A stretch of 64,000 nucleotides of DNA from Verrucomicrobiia bacterium (GTDB lineage Bacteria > Verrucomicrobiota > Verrucomicrobiia > Limisphaerales > UBA1319), in assembly GCA_963664225.1 (NCBI GenBank), contig OY760937.1, positions 2,656,001 to 2,720,000 of the forward strand, given 5' to 3'. How positions within the stretch are numbered: the stretch's first letter is position 1; the number at the start of each line of letters is the position of its first letter. The position numbers and the translations under genes were made by a program. Of the stretch, positions 19,537 to 29,543 are shown piece after piece. The notes beneath the pieces were generated by a model that searched no databases, was not told the origin of the DNA, and worked only from the letters and a program-made list of their open reading frames with translations.

Positions 19537-19550
19537 TCTTCAAAATCCCA

Positions 19551-22478
19551 TCAGTAGTTTGCTCCCGCTTCCATGAACCGGGCCGAACCCCATGCCGCGT
19601 GGTCGCTCGCGTTTCCATCCCCGCCGTTGAGTATCCGCAACGTGACCAGTCGCGCGCCCACGACGCTGACTTGCATGGGATGAACCATGCCCAACCGCAA
19701 GACGGGGCTTTGCGCTTTGAGTTCGCCGTCCACAAGGAGCTGCGCCACCACGCTGCCGCGCCCCGCTGAATCCTCCACGCCCACATCGGCGGCGAAGAGC
19801 GAAAGATTGCGCCCGGCGATATCGAGGGTCACATCCGCCGGAGTTGCATCCCCAAAGGCGTGGGTCCAGATGGCTTTGGGATGCAACTGGCGTCCGATAC
19901 GGACCGTCTGCCCGTGAATGTTATTGTCTCGGCGCACCGCGTTTTCCGCTCCGGCAGTGGCCCTGGCCCAGGGAAGATCGGATGCAAACACAATGCCTTT
20001 GGGAAGCGTTTTGAGCGGTTTTGTGACAACCTTGCCCGGGTTCCCGTTTGACATTCGCAACCCTCCTGCGGACCGCGATTCAACCTTCCAATACCAGGTT
20101 CGTTCCGATGGCAGTCGAAACTCCGTGTTCGTTGCCGCTGTGCATTTCTCAAACGATACACGTTGAAAGTCTGGCTGATCAGAAATCACAACGCGGTAGT
20201 CGCGAGCGAACGCGTTTTCGTTCCAATGGAGCCGCACGGTATTCGTAAAATAATCGGCCTCCACCGAGGCGGGCAGAAGCTTGAACCTGCCGGGTGGAAT
20301 CAAAGCCTTCGGTTTTCCCAGTGAAGCGTCGCGAACATAAACCAAATCGCAGCTAAAACGATTGGTCAGGTGAACGGTCAAACCGTCCGTCATCAGCTCT
20401 GATCCCAGACGCTTGCCCGCGCTGACCGAACCATCTTCGCTCCAAACCCAGTAAAGCTTGTTGGCGGCCAATCCCGCAAGGGGGACCGTCTTTTGCGGCT
20501 CAGGTGAATCGGGCCGAAACACAAAGAACGTTCCGCGCTTGAGGGGTGCGCTCCAGTAGAACAATCCATCCCAATTGGCGCCGGCGGCGCGTGGTAAAAC
20601 ATGATGCACTTTGACGTCCTTGAGCATGGGACGAATCCAGTTCTTGTAGATGCGCGTGGATTGCCGGGCTGAATCGATTTGGTCGTCGCTCCATCCGGCG
20701 GTATCGGTTGGATCGATGTGCCAGGCCCCCATCATTGCGCTGCGCCAGAGGTAATCGCCCGGCTCGTCGCCTTTCACGGGGAAGTAATTGTCGTAGGTAT
20801 AGCATTGAAGAACCAGGGGAGGCAGGGCGAAGGTCGAATCATACATGCTCTGGCGATCCGCGAGGTTGGAGAGCATATCCGTGGTCGCAATCAGGTGTGT
20901 TCGCTGGATGATCCCAAAATCCTTGATGTGCCCTCCGCCGGAGCAATCTTCGATGACCACGTGGGGGTACTTCTTATGCATGGCCTCCTGCACTTCATAA
21001 TAACCAAGCGTCGCCCAGTAGCTTGCATCCACGCCGTAATGGTGCCGGTGCGTTGTCTGCAAACAGCGGTTTACAATCGGATCGCTGTCGTGCTTGAGAT
21101 AGTCCAGATGGTAATCCCGGACGAGTGACTGCGTCTTCTCGATGGCCCACGCCCTGGCTTCCGGCGACCCCAGACACAATTTCGCGCCGTAATGAGGCCC
21201 GGGCGTCCAACCGGCGGGAGTATTGGTGCTGAACCAATCGGGGTGGCCGTTCGGACCCCGCACACTTAACGCGCCGGGTTCTTCCGAAATGCCGCCATTG
21301 CTCCAGGCGCACCAAAGGGCCTGCCGCATGCCGTTTGTATGAACCCATGCCTCTATGGGTTTGATGCCCTGGGGAAAACGGCGTGGATCCCAACGCCAAT
21401 CTCCGCATTCGGGATACCACATGGCGTCGGGCATGAACGCCTCAAAACCGAGTTCGTGACAAAACCGCGCGCTACGCAACACGTCTGCTTCGGTCGCGTT
21501 GGTCATGCCGTAATCGAGATAAAGATTATACGCCAGGATCGGGTCTGGAACGGCCGCAGGCAGCGGTGGGCGCAACTTCTCGATTACAAAGCGGTGAAGG
21601 CTGTAACTGCCCTCCTCCAGATCTCCCGAGTAACATCCGACAAAGGCAGGCGGGATCTTCAGAGTCTCACCCGGCTCGATGTCCGTCTTGAACCCGGGCC
21701 AAAGTCCCGCGGCAATGCTCAAGCCGGCATCTCGTCCCAGGGCCTGCACCCGCCCGAGTCCCGAGAATTCCCAACCGAGGTATAATCCGCGCTTTTCGCC
21801 CTCCTGCACCGCGAGCCATGGCACCGGGCTGGCGCCGTCATCGCAATTATTGGTCAACACCAGGCTTGTCCCGTTGGTCAGAGGTTGGGAAAACGTGCCG
21901 CCCTGCGTCGTGGCAGACGCGCCGCCACGCTTGATCCACCAAAGTTGCGAAGCCGCCCTTGGGCCAATCCCAATCAATGCCAGACTCTCCTGCTGGGAAA
22001 TAGACACGCGCCGGGGCGAAGCGTTTCGAATTTCCACCCAATGCTCAATGGGGCCGCGCCCCGGACGCGCGCGCCAGACCGATTCCAGCACCAGCGATGG
22101 CTCGCGATTCAGGAACTCAACGCGCAAAACGCCCGACTTTTCCAACGCTTTGGAATACTGCCATGCCGCTGGACGATCGCTTCCGTCCACACCGACACGC
22201 TCCAGCAAAGGCAACGGCGATGGGCTCGAAAGCCAGTTTTCACGCGAATGGACATCTTCCAGGCGTTGAACCACGAGCGTGTTGTCGCGCAGGCCCAATT
22301 CAATGACGGTGTCCGAGGTGGAAAGGGTCCAGGTTTGCGCAGCCATCGACGGTCGCGGCGAAACGGCAAACAAAAGCAGGAGAAGGCCGGTCCATCTGCC
22401 GAGCAAACGACGCGGCCGGGAGTTTTGGCCTGGAAACATGACGGACAAAAAATCGGCGCTATTCATCGGATGTTTCAT
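19551..22478 (-). CDS. GH36-like alpha-galactosidase with C-terminal NPCBM domain
   Basis: GDWRWDPRRFPQG, DYLKHD, IEDCSGGG; C-terminal FASDLPW...FAADVGVED...GSV...DHAAWG (NPCBM). Start uncertain (22478, 22466 or later). Confidence 0.8.
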   Translation of the reverse strand: MKHPMNSADFLSVMFPGQNSRPRRLLGRWTGLLLLLFAVSPRPSMAAQTWTLSTSDTVIELGLRDNTLVVQRLEDVHSRENWLSSPSPLPLLERVGVDGSDRPAAWQYSKALEKSGVLRVEFLNREPSLVLESVWRARPGRGPIEHWVEIRNASPRRVSISQQESLALIGIGPRAASQLWWIKRGGASATTQGGTFSQPLTNGTSLVLTNNCDDGASPVPWLAVQEGEKRGLYLGWEFSGLGRVQALGRDAGLSIAAGLWPGFKTDIEPGETLKIPPAFVGCYSGDLEEGSYSLHRFVIEKLRPPLPAAVPDPILAYNLYLDYGMTNATEADVLRSARFCHELGFEAFMPDAMWYPECGDWRWDPRRFPQGIKPIEAWVHTNGMRQALWCAWSNGGISEEPGALSVRGPNGHPDWFSTNTPAGWTPGPHYGAKLCLGSPEARAWAIEKTQSLVRDYHLDYLKHDSDPIVNRCLQTTHRHHYGVDASYWATLGYYEVQEAMHKKYPHVVIEDCSGGGHIKDFGIIQRTHLIATTDMLSNLADRQSMYDSTFALPPLVLQCYTYDNYFPVKGDEPGDYLWRSAMMGAWHIDPTDTAGWSDDQIDSARQSTRIYKNWIRPMLKDVKVHHVLPRAAGANWDGLFYWSAPLKRGTFFVFRPDSPEPQKTVPLAGLAANKLYWVWSEDGSVSAGKRLGSELMTDGLTVHLTNRFSCDLVYVRDASLGKPKALIPPGRFKLLPASVEADYFTNTVRLHWNENAFARDYRVVISDQPDFQRVSFEKCTAATNTEFRLPSERTWYWKVESRSAGGLRMSNGNPGKVVTKPLKTLPKGIVFASDLPWARATAGAENAVRRDNNIHGQTVRIGRQLHPKAIWTHAFGDATPADVTLDIAGRNLSLFAADVGVEDSAGRGSVVAQLLVDGELKAQSPVLRLGMVHPMQVSVVGARLVTLRILNGGDGNASDHAAWGSARFMEAGANY

Positions 22479-22959
22479 GACTTGCTTTGTTCTCAATCTC
22501 CATGGTTGCTTCAGCGAAAAACCCTGTTTTCCCTGATCCCGCAGATGACCGCGTCCTTCGGGACATTTCGGGACCGCCATCGATCCTTGCCATAGCCTTT
22601 TGCCATGGACGGAAATTTCAATTGTCTCAATTGCTTCATTGCAGCCAACCGGGGGAATGGGATCGCCCTTATGATGCCTTGATTCGTCCATTGATCAAGC
22701 CGCCATTTTCCGGTTTTTATTAGCAGATGGAGCGCGGAACAAAATCCAAGGCATCGAGCTAAAGCACCCAATCATTCCAGCACAGGGCGCGAAAAGGGTG
22801 GTTTCTTTGCATTGGCCGTAATCCAGGCCCGCACATTGACAATTACGGTTGGACATTCCTCATTTCAGTGCGATTAGTTCTTCATCTGGAAGGTATAAGA
22901 CCTGCGTATGCACGGCAGGGCCGTTTAGTTCGACCAATGAATGAGTAGCTTGATTTGCC

Positions 22960-23517
22960 ATGAAAACGATGAACCGATTATTCCTCAGCGCGGCCGCGGC
23001 TTTTGCCTTGCTCGCCTCCATTTCCACTCAGGCGGCCGTGGACATGTTTCTGGACATGGGCAAAGACATACCCGGGGAATCCACCGATAAAGCGCATCCC
23101 AACACCGTGGATGTCCTGGCCTGGAGCTGGGGAATGTCCAACTCAGGCACGACTCACCTTGGCGGAGGCGCGGGTGCGGGCAAGGCGAGCTTCCAGGACT
23201 TGAGCCTCACGAAATATGTGGACAAGGCCAGTCCCAATCTCATGTTGTACTGCGCCAACGGAAAGCATTTCGCAACCGCCACCTTGATCGTTCGCAAAGC
23301 TGGCGCAGTACCGGTCGAATACATCAAAATCACGATGTCGGAAGTCATGGTAACCAGCGTTTCGACGGGGGGATCCGGCGGGGAGGATCGTCTGACAGAG
23401 AACATCACCTTGAATTTTGCAAAAGTTGATTTCAGTTATGTGCCCGTGGATCCCAAGGGAGGTGCCGGTACGGCCGTCGAGATGAAGTGGGATATCGCGG
23501 CCAACATCGCGCAATGA
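22960..23517 (+). CDS. hcp: Hcp/TssD-family tube protein with N-terminal Sec signal peptide
   Basis: AVDMFL, GESTDKAH, DVLAWSWGMS, DLSLTKYVDKASPNL, RKAG, VSTGGSGGEDRLTENITLNFAK closely resemble Pseudomonas Hcp1 as I recall it; preceded by MKTMNRLFLSAAAAFALLASISTQA. Confidence 0.93.
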   Translation: MKTMNRLFLSAAAAFALLASISTQAAVDMFLDMGKDIPGESTDKAHPNTVDVLAWSWGMSNSGTTHLGGGAGAGKASFQDLSLTKYVDKASPNLMLYCANGKHFATATLIVRKAGAVPVEYIKITMSEVMVTSVSTGGSGGEDRLTENITLNFAKVDFSYVPVDPKGGAGTAVEMKWDIAANIAQ

Positions 23518-23581
23518 TGGCTGGACTCTGTAACTCAGAGCCCGCTTGAGTGCGGTTTGTGTTTTCATTCCTATTGCGCCT

Positions 23582-24397
23582 ATGTCAACATCAAGAACTG
23601 CAATCCTCGCCTTGGGCTTGTTATTGGCCATTGGCCAGAGCGGCTCGCTGCATGCGGCCATCGACATGTTCCTCAAGGTTGGGAACATCAAAGGGGAGTC
23701 CACAGATCCCGCCCACCCGCAGGAAATCAACGTGCTGGCCTGGTCCTGGGGAATGTCCCGTCCCGCTCCTCCCATTCCCGGAGGAGGAACTGCCATCAGC
23801 AAGGTTTCACTGAGCAGCCTGTCACTGACAAAATACGTGGACTCGTCGAGCGCGCCGCTGATGAAATACTGCGCCACTGGAAAAACACTGTCCAACGCGC
23901 AACTGACATTGCGTACGGCGGGCGATCAACCGTTGGAGTTCTGCACCATTACCATGACGAATGTCATGATCGTCGGCATTGCATCCGGCGGTTCGGGCGG
24001 TGAGGATCGCCTGACTGAGAACATCACCCTCGACTTTGAGACGCTCAACGTCATCTACCATCCGGTCGCCAACACCACCCTTGAACCTCGAATCGGTTTC
24101 GATTGGAGCGTCGTAGCGGACACGGGGTTGGCCAGTGTCGTCCCCAATCCCTTGCCCGCTCCGGTTCCCAGCCTGGTCTCAACCCTTTCCCATACCAATG
24201 ACACTCCCTTCGCGCAATTGACCTGGGTGAGCACCGCAGGCGCCATCTACCGGATCTGGGCTGCCGACAGCGTTGAGTCTGGTTATCAGGTTTACGGAGG
24301 AGATATCCCATCCGCAGGAGACGGGACCACTTCCATGACCCTTCCGGCGATCCTGGGACGCAAGTTTTTCAGGATCGAAACGGTCTCTGTTAAATGA
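23582..24397 (+). CDS. hcp: Second Hcp-family protein with signal peptide, Pro-rich linker and ~70-aa C-terminal domain
   Basis: MSTSRTAILALGLLLAIGQSGSLHA then AIDMFLKVGNIKGES...VLAWSWGMS...GGSGGEDRLTENITLDF, then PNPLPAPVP and LTW...YRI...KFFRI. Confidence 0.9.
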   Translation: MSTSRTAILALGLLLAIGQSGSLHAAIDMFLKVGNIKGESTDPAHPQEINVLAWSWGMSRPAPPIPGGGTAISKVSLSSLSLTKYVDSSSAPLMKYCATGKTLSNAQLTLRTAGDQPLEFCTITMTNVMIVGIASGGSGGEDRLTENITLDFETLNVIYHPVANTTLEPRIGFDWSVVADTGLASVVPNPLPAPVPSLVSTLSHTNDTPFAQLTWVSTAGAIYRIWAADSVESGYQVYGGDIPSAGDGTTSMTLPAILGRKFFRIETVSVK

Positions 24398-24567
24398 GTT
24401 CCCAGTGTGAATGGCCCAATTCCGCCCGCGGTTCCCTGCAGGTGCGGGGGATGTTCTGGTCGGCAGGAAAACTCATATAGCCGACTTGCGGTGACGGCCC
24501 CCACAGTCGCCAAACCCGGGAGGATTATCTTGTTGTCACTTCAATCAGACCTTTTAAATTGACCCAT

Positions 24568-26904
24568 ATGCGTTCGCCACTCTTTCGCCATTCTCGCATC
24601 CCGCATTATGCCGGATGCATTGCCATACCGTTTTTGTTTTTGACTGCCGCCGTTTCCACCTTGCTGGGCGCCCCGGCCGACGCGCAGGACCGGCCTGTGG
24701 ACTATATCCGTCCATTTGTTGGCACCCAGGGTGAGGGAAACACCTACCCCGGCCCTTCGGCCCCTTTTGGGATGGTGCAACTCAGCCCGGATACCGATCG
24801 AGACCTGTGGGAAACGGCTTCCGGTTATGAATACTCGGACACCTCCATCATGGGCTTTACGATGACGCATTTGTCGGGTACGGGCATTCCCGATCTGGGT
24901 GACTTTTTGTTCATTCCGCAGATCGGCGAACCCAAACTGACTTGCGGGACGAAGAAGGATCCGGATGTCGGCTATCGCGCCCGCTATTCGCACGATCAGG
25001 AGTCTGCTTCCGCGGGTTATTACAAGGTCAAACTCCTCAATAACAACGTGACGGTCGAACTGGCCGCGGCGGAGCGGGCGGGCATGATGCGCTTCACCTT
25101 TCCAGAGAGCAATCAGGCCAGCATCATGACGGACCTGCAGCATTTCCTGAGCGGGAATCGCTTTAAACTGATCTGGTCCCACGTTCGCGTCGAAGACCAG
25201 TCCACCGTCACCGGTTTTCATCTGGTCAACGGCTGGGGCAAGGAGCGTTATCTCTATTATGCCGCCCGTTATTCCAGGCCTTTTGACACGTACCGCATCA
25301 TGAGCAATGGCAGCGAAGTCAAATACGACAGCTACAAGACCTACCGCTTTCGCAGCAGGAATGAAGCTGCGGGGACAAATCTCCAATTTCTGGCTGAATA
25401 CAAAACCCGTGCCAATGAGGCCATCACGGTCAAGGTCGCGGTCTCAGCGGTCAGCGCCGCCAACGCGATGAAAAACCTGGACTCCGACATTCCGGAATGG
25501 AACTTCGAGGCCGTGGTTCAAGGCACCCGCGAGAAATGGAATCGCGAGCTGAGCCGGATTGAAATCGAAGGTTCGCCTGCGGACAAGGAAACTTTTTACA
25601 CCAGCATGTATCATCTGTTCCTGGCGCCCAATATTTACCAGGATGTCACAGGCGAGTATCGCGGTCTGGACTCCAATATCCATCAGGCCAGGGGATTCAA
25701 AAACTACGCCGTATTCTCCCTCTGGGATACCTATCGCGCCGCGCATCCGCTCTTCACGCTCATCCAGTCGCAGCGGGATTCAGATATGATCAATTCCCTG
25801 CTGGCTCATTTCGACCAGAGTGTCGATCACCTCCTGCCATTATGGTCGCTCCAGGGCAATGAAACCTGGTGCATGATCGGCTATCACGCAGTGCCGGTGA
25901 TCGTGGACGGCTTTCTCAAAGGCGTGAAGGGTTTCGACAGGGAACGCGCCTACCATGCCATCAAGACCAGCGCCATGAACCCCGACTATGATGGTGTGGC
26001 GGCTTATGCCCAACTCGGCTGGGTTCCCTTCGACAAGGAGAATGAGTCCGTTTCCAAGACGCTGGAATACGCTTATGACGACTATTGCGTCGCCCAAATG
26101 GCCAGGGCCCTGGGCAAAAAGGAGGACTACGCCTATTTCATGAAACGTTCCATGGGATACACGAATCTTTACGATCCCTCGGTGGGTCTCATGCGCGGGA
26201 AAGACTCCCTCGGAAAATGGCGGACTCCCTTTGATCCCCACGGCTACGACGACGCGAGCCGGAACAATGATTTCACGGAAGGCACGAGTTGGCAGTATTC
26301 GTGGTATGTGCCGCAGGATGTTCCCGGAATGATCCAGCTTTTCGGCGGCAAGGATGCATTCATCCAGAAACTGGATAGCCTCTTCACCTATACCAACATC
26401 AACGCCAAAGGACTGGATGACGTTCAGGGACGCATAGGCGAATACTGGCACGGCAACGAACCCAGCCATCATATCATCTATCTTTATAGCTGCGTCGGCC
26501 AGCCCTGGAAAGCCGCCCAGCGCGTGCATGAAGTTCTCAAAACCCAGTATGGCAGCCAGCCCAATTCACTCAGCGGAAACGACGATTGCGGCCAGATGTC
26601 CGCCTGGTATCTCTTCACCGCCATGGGCTTTTATCCTGTTTGCCCGGCCAGCGACCAGTATGTCATTGGCAGTCCTGCATTAAAGAAAGCCGTGATGCAC
26701 CTTTCCAATGGACGGAAATTCACCATGCGGGCGGATGAACTTTCAGAGCAAAATATCTATGTTCAATCCGTGAAGCTGAATGGGAAAACGTGGGACAGCC
26801 CCATGCTGCCATACAACGCGGTGAAAAACGGTGGAACCATTTTGTTCAAGATGGGGCCGCAACCCAACACCTCATGGGGAACAAACGGTTGTTTTGCAAA
26901 ATAA
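24568..26904 (+). CDS. GH92 alpha-mannosidase
   Basis: PFVGT, GNTYPG, PFGMVQLSPDT, FSLWDTYR, FTEG, HGNEPSHH, GNDDCGQMSAWY. Confidence 0.95.
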   Translation: MRSPLFRHSRIPHYAGCIAIPFLFLTAAVSTLLGAPADAQDRPVDYIRPFVGTQGEGNTYPGPSAPFGMVQLSPDTDRDLWETASGYEYSDTSIMGFTMTHLSGTGIPDLGDFLFIPQIGEPKLTCGTKKDPDVGYRARYSHDQESASAGYYKVKLLNNNVTVELAAAERAGMMRFTFPESNQASIMTDLQHFLSGNRFKLIWSHVRVEDQSTVTGFHLVNGWGKERYLYYAARYSRPFDTYRIMSNGSEVKYDSYKTYRFRSRNEAAGTNLQFLAEYKTRANEAITVKVAVSAVSAANAMKNLDSDIPEWNFEAVVQGTREKWNRELSRIEIEGSPADKETFYTSMYHLFLAPNIYQDVTGEYRGLDSNIHQARGFKNYAVFSLWDTYRAAHPLFTLIQSQRDSDMINSLLAHFDQSVDHLLPLWSLQGNETWCMIGYHAVPVIVDGFLKGVKGFDRERAYHAIKTSAMNPDYDGVAAYAQLGWVPFDKENESVSKTLEYAYDDYCVAQMARALGKKEDYAYFMKRSMGYTNLYDPSVGLMRGKDSLGKWRTPFDPHGYDDASRNNDFTEGTSWQYSWYVPQDVPGMIQLFGGKDAFIQKLDSLFTYTNINAKGLDDVQGRIGEYWHGNEPSHHIIYLYSCVGQPWKAAQRVHEVLKTQYGSQPNSLSGNDDCGQMSAWYLFTAMGFYPVCPASDQYVIGSPALKKAVMHLSNGRKFTMRADELSEQNIYVQSVKLNGKTWDSPMLPYNAVKNGGTILFKMGPQPNTSWGTNGCFAK

Positions 26905-27161
26905 CCGCATTGAACCCGATCCATAGCCTGGCGACCTGTTCCATCGCAGGTTTGCCAGGTGCGTGATTCTTCGGGCTTGCGGGTTTGCATTTGGGATCGC
27001 TTTCCAACATCCGGGGGGTTGACGATGCTTGTGCAGGCCTTCATCACGACCTGCCAAATAATTTTCAAAAAGGTGTAACTCTTTCGCTGCCGGTGGCGTA
27101 AATAACAGAAGCGAATGATTATGATGACATCCTTGAATCGAGCGCGTTTCTTCTGGAGCCT

Positions 27162-29543
27162 ATGCACCGCCTGTTAATTTTGGTCGCAGTTGTTTGCGGC
27201 GCGGCGTGCATTGCCGCTGCACCGCCGCATGTCGTGCATGTGGGATTGGTCGCGCCTGACATCATTGGCATCACAATCTCTGCGGGCCATGTGGAATATG
27301 GACGCCAGACGCCCTACGTGAAACAGGCGGGAGACACCGTGAATTCCAATGACATTCACCGCTTTCTCACTCGCGATGGAAAAGTGGTCGGCAATCTGGT
27401 CGGAACCAATGCGGATATTCTCTGCTCGATGGACGCGGTGGTGGGCGAGAGGTTCAACACCGAATGGGCCGATCAGCCGGTCAACTACACGGTCACTTCC
27501 GGGCAGGACCCCCATTACAGCACTCCCCGGAAGCCCGTTGCGGTGTATCGTAAAAGCAAGGCTTCCGACCTGGCCATGATCGGCATTTACAAATTCGATT
27601 CCCCAACAGAGCACATCGTGTATTTGAAACTGCCGACGCCGTTGATGGCCCGCAAGCAATACGTCATTGCCTTCAAGCAAAGTCCATTGGCAAAGCAGAC
27701 GCTTGCCTTCGATCCGGACGCGTTGCGCAGCGAGGCCGTGCATGTCAACCAGATTGGATTTCGTCCCGATGATCCGGCCAAGGTCGCGTTTCTTTCCTGC
27801 TGGCTGGGGAACGGCGGCGGGCTCAAATATGACGAGGGCCTGCCCTTTACCGTGTTTGACGAGGTAAACGGAAAATCGGTTTTTGAGGGACTGACCGTGT
27901 TGTCCAAAGCCGCCACGGATAAAACCGAGGATGCCTATAAAAAGAACTATAACGGCACGGATGTTTACATGATGGACTTTACGGCCCTCAACAAACCAGG
28001 CCGGTATCGTGTCTCGGTCAAAACCATTGGCTGCTCCTATCCATTCGAGATCGCCGACGATGTCTGGCGAAAGGCGTTCATTGTCTCGGCACGGGGGTTT
28101 TATCATCAGCGGAGCGGCATTGTGCTGGGGGAGCCGTTCACCACTTATAAACGACCGCGATCGTTTCATCCGGAGGATGGCATGAAGGTCTATGCCTCAA
28201 AGACGCCGATCATGGACACCGGCAATGGCCTCAACCAGAAGGACTCCAATTTCGGGAACCTGGTGAAGGGCAAAACGGATGAGATCGTCACCAACGCGTG
28301 GGGCGGCTACATGGACGCGGGGGATTGGGACCGGCGCATCCAGCATCTGAAATCGACCTATCTATTGCTGGAGCTGGCCGAACTATTCCCGGACTACTTT
28401 GCGAAGCTTCCGCTGAACATTCCTGAATCCGGCAATGGCCTGCCGGACATTGTCAATGAAGCCCTCTTCAATCTCGACTTCTTCCGGCGCCTGCAATTGC
28501 CCGATGGGGGCGTGCGCGGCGGCATCGAATCGTCCGAGCATCCACGTCATGGCGAGGCCAGTTTCCAGGAGTCCCTGACCGCGATGGCCTATGCGCCGGA
28601 CATTTTCTCCAGCTACGTCTATTCGGGCGTGGCGGCGCGCGCGGCCCGGTGGCTCGGCGCACGCAATCCTGAGCGCGCGGCCGTGTATCGGGAGAGTGCC
28701 TTGCGCGCCATGCAATGGGCGGAGAACGACCGGGAGCGGGAGGAGCGGGACTATCTGATGGCCAAAGACCCTGCCGTGAAAGAGGTCCGAAACTATGCGG
28801 CGGCAGAATTATTCAACCTGACCGGCGAGTCCAAATGGAACGATCTGTTTGTGTCCACCACCATTTTCAAAGAGACCAGCGCGGATATTCCGTATCATTG
28901 GGACAGCCTGGACCAGGCGGATGCCGCATGGGTTTATGCCCGGACCGATAGACCCGGCATCGACACCGCCGTGCAACTGAACTGCCGCAACGCGGTCATC
29001 AAGGTGGCAGACATCCGACTCGAGAGCATTGCGCACACGGGTTTTCACTGGGCGAAGCATCCCTATGGCCCTGTTGTTTACGGTGCGCTGAGCAGCCCCG
29101 AAGGTTGCGTCAATGTGGTTCGCGCGCATGTGCTCACCGGGGATGCCAAATACCTGCGCGCCATTGTCCTGGCCAGCCAGACGGGCGCCGGCGCGAACCC
29201 CGTGAACATGTGCTACACCACTGGACTGGGCCAGAAAGCCCCGCAGCATCCGCTGCAACTGGATCATCGGATTACCCATCAAGCCCCGCCCCCGGGCATC
29301 ACCGTGGGCGGCCCCATGGACAACAACATGAAAGGAATGACGGACCCGTTCATTGGCCCGTTTGCGGGTGCCACGATTTTTCCGCCGCCGAAAGAGTGGC
29401 CCGCGCTGGAGGCCTTTTGGGATGTCTTTTGGGATCCCATGATTTGCGAATACACCATCCAGAAGCCGATGGCCGGTAACGCCTATGTCTGGGGTTACCT
29501 TGCCGCCCGCGCGAAGTTGCCTGTCACCGCGCCAACCCGCTAA
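27162..29543 (+). CDS. GH9 glycoside hydrolase with N-terminal Ig-like domain
   Basis: VHVNQIGF, FYHQRSG, GGYMDAGDWD, GNGLPDIVNE, C-terminal CEYTI; signal peptide. Confidence 0.88.
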   Translation: MHRLLILVAVVCGAACIAAAPPHVVHVGLVAPDIIGITISAGHVEYGRQTPYVKQAGDTVNSNDIHRFLTRDGKVVGNLVGTNADILCSMDAVVGERFNTEWADQPVNYTVTSGQDPHYSTPRKPVAVYRKSKASDLAMIGIYKFDSPTEHIVYLKLPTPLMARKQYVIAFKQSPLAKQTLAFDPDALRSEAVHVNQIGFRPDDPAKVAFLSCWLGNGGGLKYDEGLPFTVFDEVNGKSVFEGLTVLSKAATDKTEDAYKKNYNGTDVYMMDFTALNKPGRYRVSVKTIGCSYPFEIADDVWRKAFIVSARGFYHQRSGIVLGEPFTTYKRPRSFHPEDGMKVYASKTPIMDTGNGLNQKDSNFGNLVKGKTDEIVTNAWGGYMDAGDWDRRIQHLKSTYLLLELAELFPDYFAKLPLNIPESGNGLPDIVNEALFNLDFFRRLQLPDGGVRGGIESSEHPRHGEASFQESLTAMAYAPDIFSSYVYSGVAARAARWLGARNPERAAVYRESALRAMQWAENDREREERDYLMAKDPAVKEVRNYAAAELFNLTGESKWNDLFVSTTIFKETSADIPYHWDSLDQADAAWVYARTDRPGIDTAVQLNCRNAVIKVADIRLESIAHTGFHWAKHPYGPVVYGALSSPEGCVNVVRAHVLTGDAKYLRAIVLASQTGAGANPVNMCYTTGLGQKAPQHPLQLDHRITHQAPPPGITVGGPMDNNMKGMTDPFIGPFAGATIFPPPKEWPALEAFWDVFWDPMICEYTIQKPMAGNAYVWGYLAARAKLPVTAPTR

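Noticed and set aside
22960..24397. A conventional T6SS locus or hcp-vgrG island
   Set aside because: No vgrG, PAAR, sheath, baseplate or effector-immunity genes adjacent, and both Hcp proteins have signal peptides.
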